64,000 nucleotides of DNA from Nitrosopumilus sp. (GTDB lineage: Archaea > Thermoproteota > Nitrososphaeria > Nitrososphaerales > Nitrosopumilaceae): positions 896,001 through 960,000 of the forward strand of contig OZ240211.1 in assembly GCA_965197525.1 (NCBI GenBank). The letters are read 5' to 3'. The notes under the pieces were generated by a model. That model was not told the origin of the DNA, ran no database searches, and saw only the letters and a program-made list of their open reading frames with translations. Positions 61,467 through 64,000 of this stretch are shown in pieces. Made by a program: the position numbers and the translations under genes. The stretch's first letter is position 1. Each line of letters opens with the position of its first letter.

Positions 61467-62735
61467 ATGGCCAAGATCTTTGTAGAAGCGTACGGGTGCT
61501 CTGCTAGCTTTGCAGATTCGGAGATGATCTCAGGGTTAATACAGAATGGAGGGCATGTTCTAGCAGATGATTCGGCAGACTCTGATTTAAACATCATAGT
61601 AACGTGCTCAGTCAAAGATGCAACTGCAAACAAGATGGTTAATAGAATAAAATCACTAAAAGCAAAACCGTTGGTCGTGGCAGGATGTCTGCCAAAAGCA
61701 GAGAGGGATAACGTAGAGAGATTCTCAGAGAATGCTAGTTTGTTGGGACCTAACTCACTAGGCAAAACGTTGCAAGTAGTTGATACTGCACTAAGAGGAG
61801 GAAAACAGATTGCGTTAGATGACTCAGATTTATCCAAAGTAGGGCTGCCAAAAGTCAGACTAAATCCAACGGTAGGGATTGTCGAGATTGCAAGTGGGTG
61901 TATGAGTGAATGTACATTTTGTCAGACGAAATTAGCCAAAGGAGATCTAACAAGTTATAGACTAGGGGATATTGTAAGACAGGTTCAAACTGAAGTTAGA
62001 GAGGGATGTAAAGAGATATGGTTAACGTCTACAGATAATGGATGCTATGGATTTGACATAGGAACTGACTTGCCAGCACTAGTAAATACAGTGGCAGATA
62101 TTCCAGACAAGTTTATGATCAGAGTAGGCATGATGAACCCAATGTATGTGCCAAGAATCAAAGAAGGATTGATTGAGTCTTTTGGCAATGACAAAGTCTT
62201 CAAATTTCTTCACGTTCCAGTACAAAGCGGAAATAACAAAGTATTACAAAATATGAAGAGAGGACATACATCTGAGACGTTTAGAAGAGTGGTAAAAGAC
62301 GTAAGAGAAAGATTTGGAGATTTTACCATCTCAACTGACGTTATAGTGGGCTTTCCATCAGAGACTGAAGATGATTTTCAAGATACGGTATCGCTACTTG
62401 CAGAAACAAGACCGGATGTGGTAAACCTGTCAAGGTATAGTGCAAGACCGGGAACAGATGCTGCAACATGGAAGCAGATTGACGTTGTAGAGATAAAGAG
62501 AAGAAGCAAAATAATTTTTGAGCAGATAAGCGAGATATCAGTAGAAAATAACAAAAGATGGCTAGGTTGGGAAGGCGAGGTGCTCTTTGATGAGAGAACC
62601 GAGGAAGGCATCAAAGGAAGAAACTTTGCATACAAGCCTGTATTTGTAAGAGAAGACGTAGACATAGGACAGGTGCACACAGTAAAGATTACCAATGTGT
62701 CTAAGAGTACGCTATCAGGTAAGATTACAAGCTAA
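61467..62735 (+). CDS. mtaB: tRNA t6A37 methylthiotransferase (radical SAM, UPF0004 and TRAM domains)
   Basis: YGCSAS, GCMSECTFC, HVPVQSG and IVGFPSET motifs. Confidence 0.88.
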   Translation: MAKIFVEAYGCSASFADSEMISGLIQNGGHVLADDSADSDLNIIVTCSVKDATANKMVNRIKSLKAKPLVVAGCLPKAERDNVERFSENASLLGPNSLGKTLQVVDTALRGGKQIALDDSDLSKVGLPKVRLNPTVGIVEIASGCMSECTFCQTKLAKGDLTSYRLGDIVRQVQTEVREGCKEIWLTSTDNGCYGFDIGTDLPALVNTVADIPDKFMIRVGMMNPMYVPRIKEGLIESFGNDKVFKFLHVPVQSGNNKVLQNMKRGHTSETFRRVVKDVRERFGDFTISTDVIVGFPSETEDDFQDTVSLLAETRPDVVNLSRYSARPGTDAATWKQIDVVEIKRRSKIIFEQISEISVENNKRWLGWEGEVLFDERTEEGIKGRNFAYKPVFVREDVDIGQVHTVKITNVSKSTLSGKITS

Positions 62736-62807
62736 ATTTTTTCAATCGACTATTTGACTAAAATAACGTTAGAAGGTTTTTTATCTAGATGATTAGCATA
62801 GTTAGTA

Positions 62808-63773
62808 ATGAACCTTCAAGAGCCAATTCTAGTAATAGGTTTAGGCGGGGTGTGCTCAAAGTTAGCAGCAAAGGCAAAAGACTCGCTAAAGTCAGACTGC
62901 CTGCTGATTAGTAATGATGCAAAAGATCTCATATCAGATAACAGTAATAATAATAATAGCTCATCTATTCACATATCAACAAAGCCGATAATCAATCCAT
63001 CTATACAGTTGATCAGAGGTTCAACTTTTAAGGTTGCAGACAAGATAGAATCAAAGATATCCGAATACTCTACAATTGTATTATTAGGTAATTTGGCAGG
63101 CAAGGCAGGAACAGCGATAGCACCCGTAGTATCAAAGATGTGTAAAGATGCAGGTAAAGGACTGATATCGTTTGTTATCATGCCTTTCAAATATGAAAAA
63201 GACAGAATCTTTAACTCGGGAGTAGCGCTCAAAAGAGTCAAAGAGTATTCCGAGTGTACAATAGTTTTGGACAATGATGCATTACTAGAGAGCAATCCAG
63301 ATCTTAGCCCCAAAGCATGTTACAATATTGCAAATTCTGCAATGATGCATGTTGTAGATTCATTTGGTTCATCAGAGATACCCAAGGAAACAAATATTCT
63401 TACTACTAGCAGAGATGACGAGGGTATCGAAGATTCACTCAGAGATTCACTAAAGATGTTATACGATAATGCTCCACCAAACTCAATTAAGCAATCAATG
63501 TTGCATATAGTCGGAGGAGATAATGTACCTACAAGAGTACTAAATTCAATTAATGATCTTACAAAGGGAGTTTTAAGCCAAAAAAGTAACTCACAGATTA
63601 ATACAGAGTCAACTACAAACGAGTCCAAGATTGTAATGCTATCATCTGTTCAAGGGACTACAAAATTTGATAGATATGATCCATTAGGAGTTATTCCACA
63701 AAAAGATACTCTTGACTGGGATACCCCAGATTGTAGTATTAATTGCGAACTAGATCTTTATCAATTAGAATAA
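62808..63773 (+). CDS. ftsZ: divergent FtsZ/tubulin-family protein
   Basis: VIGLGG, LAGKAGTAIAP, MPFKYE and LDND motifs. Confidence 0.8.
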   Translation: MNLQEPILVIGLGGVCSKLAAKAKDSLKSDCLLISNDAKDLISDNSNNNNSSSIHISTKPIINPSIQLIRGSTFKVADKIESKISEYSTIVLLGNLAGKAGTAIAPVVSKMCKDAGKGLISFVIMPFKYEKDRIFNSGVALKRVKEYSECTIVLDNDALLESNPDLSPKACYNIANSAMMHVVDSFGSSEIPKETNILTTSRDDEGIEDSLRDSLKMLYDNAPPNSIKQSMLHIVGGDNVPTRVLNSINDLTKGVLSQKSNSQINTESTTNESKIVMLSSVQGTTKFDRYDPLGVIPQKDTLDWDTPDCSINCELDLYQLE

Positions 63774-63809
63774 AGGAATCGATAAAATTCAGACTTGTAA
63801 AAACGATAC

Positions 63810-64000
63810 TTATTGTTTAGCTGATGTGTCTCTAGTTTCAGAGGAGGTTTCTTCTTTTGTGGTTTTAGTATTATCGTCTGCAGGGGTTTCTTCTTTTGTG
63901 GTTTTAGTATTATCGTCTGCAGGGGTTTCTTCTTTTGTGGTTTTAGTATTATCGTCTGCAGGGGTTTCTTCTTTTGTGGTTTTAGTATTATCGTCTGCAG
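63810..64000 (-). CDS. 3' end of a gene with a 13-aa (39-bp) PADDNTKTTKEET tandem repeat
   Basis: About 4 copies with period 39 from 63846; frame open to TAA at 63810-63812. Confidence 0.6.
   Translation of the reverse strand, partial: ADDNTKTTKEETPADDNTKTTKEETPADDNTKTTKEETPADDNTKTTKEETSSETRDTSAKQ

Noticed and set aside
61951-61960. CAAGTTATAG in mtaB matches the start of the tnpB-1 putative guide
   Set aside because: Only 10 nt of AT-rich sequence, then divergence; expected by chance in 128 kb of both strands.

Overview
The window comes from an ammonia-oxidising archaeon of the Nitrosopumilaceae. This is inferred from nirK, cupredoxins, a CFI-box-CTERM protein, a divergent FtsZ and rpo7/spt4; the repeat-rich surface proteins and heavy IS load suggest it may be host-associated. 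Core genes (truD, pth2, EF-1beta, cdc48, ctaB, hppA, nadC/nadA/nadX, rpl15e, serA, nirK, fumC-like, mtaB) flank a mobile-element-rich island (about 17-42 kb). The main result is a family of elements bounded by IS6-type terminal inverted repeats (TIRs, GG(T/C/G)(T/G)CTGT...) with exact 8-bp target-site duplications (TSDs) that carry nucleases as cargo. Two are tnpB-only elements (47873-49160, TSD CCATTTAC; 57216-58529, TSD ATTTCATA); TIRs and TSDs are not expected for IS200/IS605/IS607 tnpB elements. The third is a 6.7-kb transposon (21093-27763, TSD CATTATTT) with the IS6 transposase, a DNA methyltransferase-HNH fusion preceded by (GGTTCTT)x51, an AbrB-like regulator, a tRNA-like gene with an 8-nt anticodon loop and a secreted protease pair. 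Other observations: a 104-bp inversion whose reversal restores an IS5-like transposase ORF, three near-identical IS630 copies sharing three frameshifts, and a 3490-aa FG-GAP/Ig/PKD surface protein with hypervariable repeat loops. Family assignments come from recognised motifs; no database search was run.
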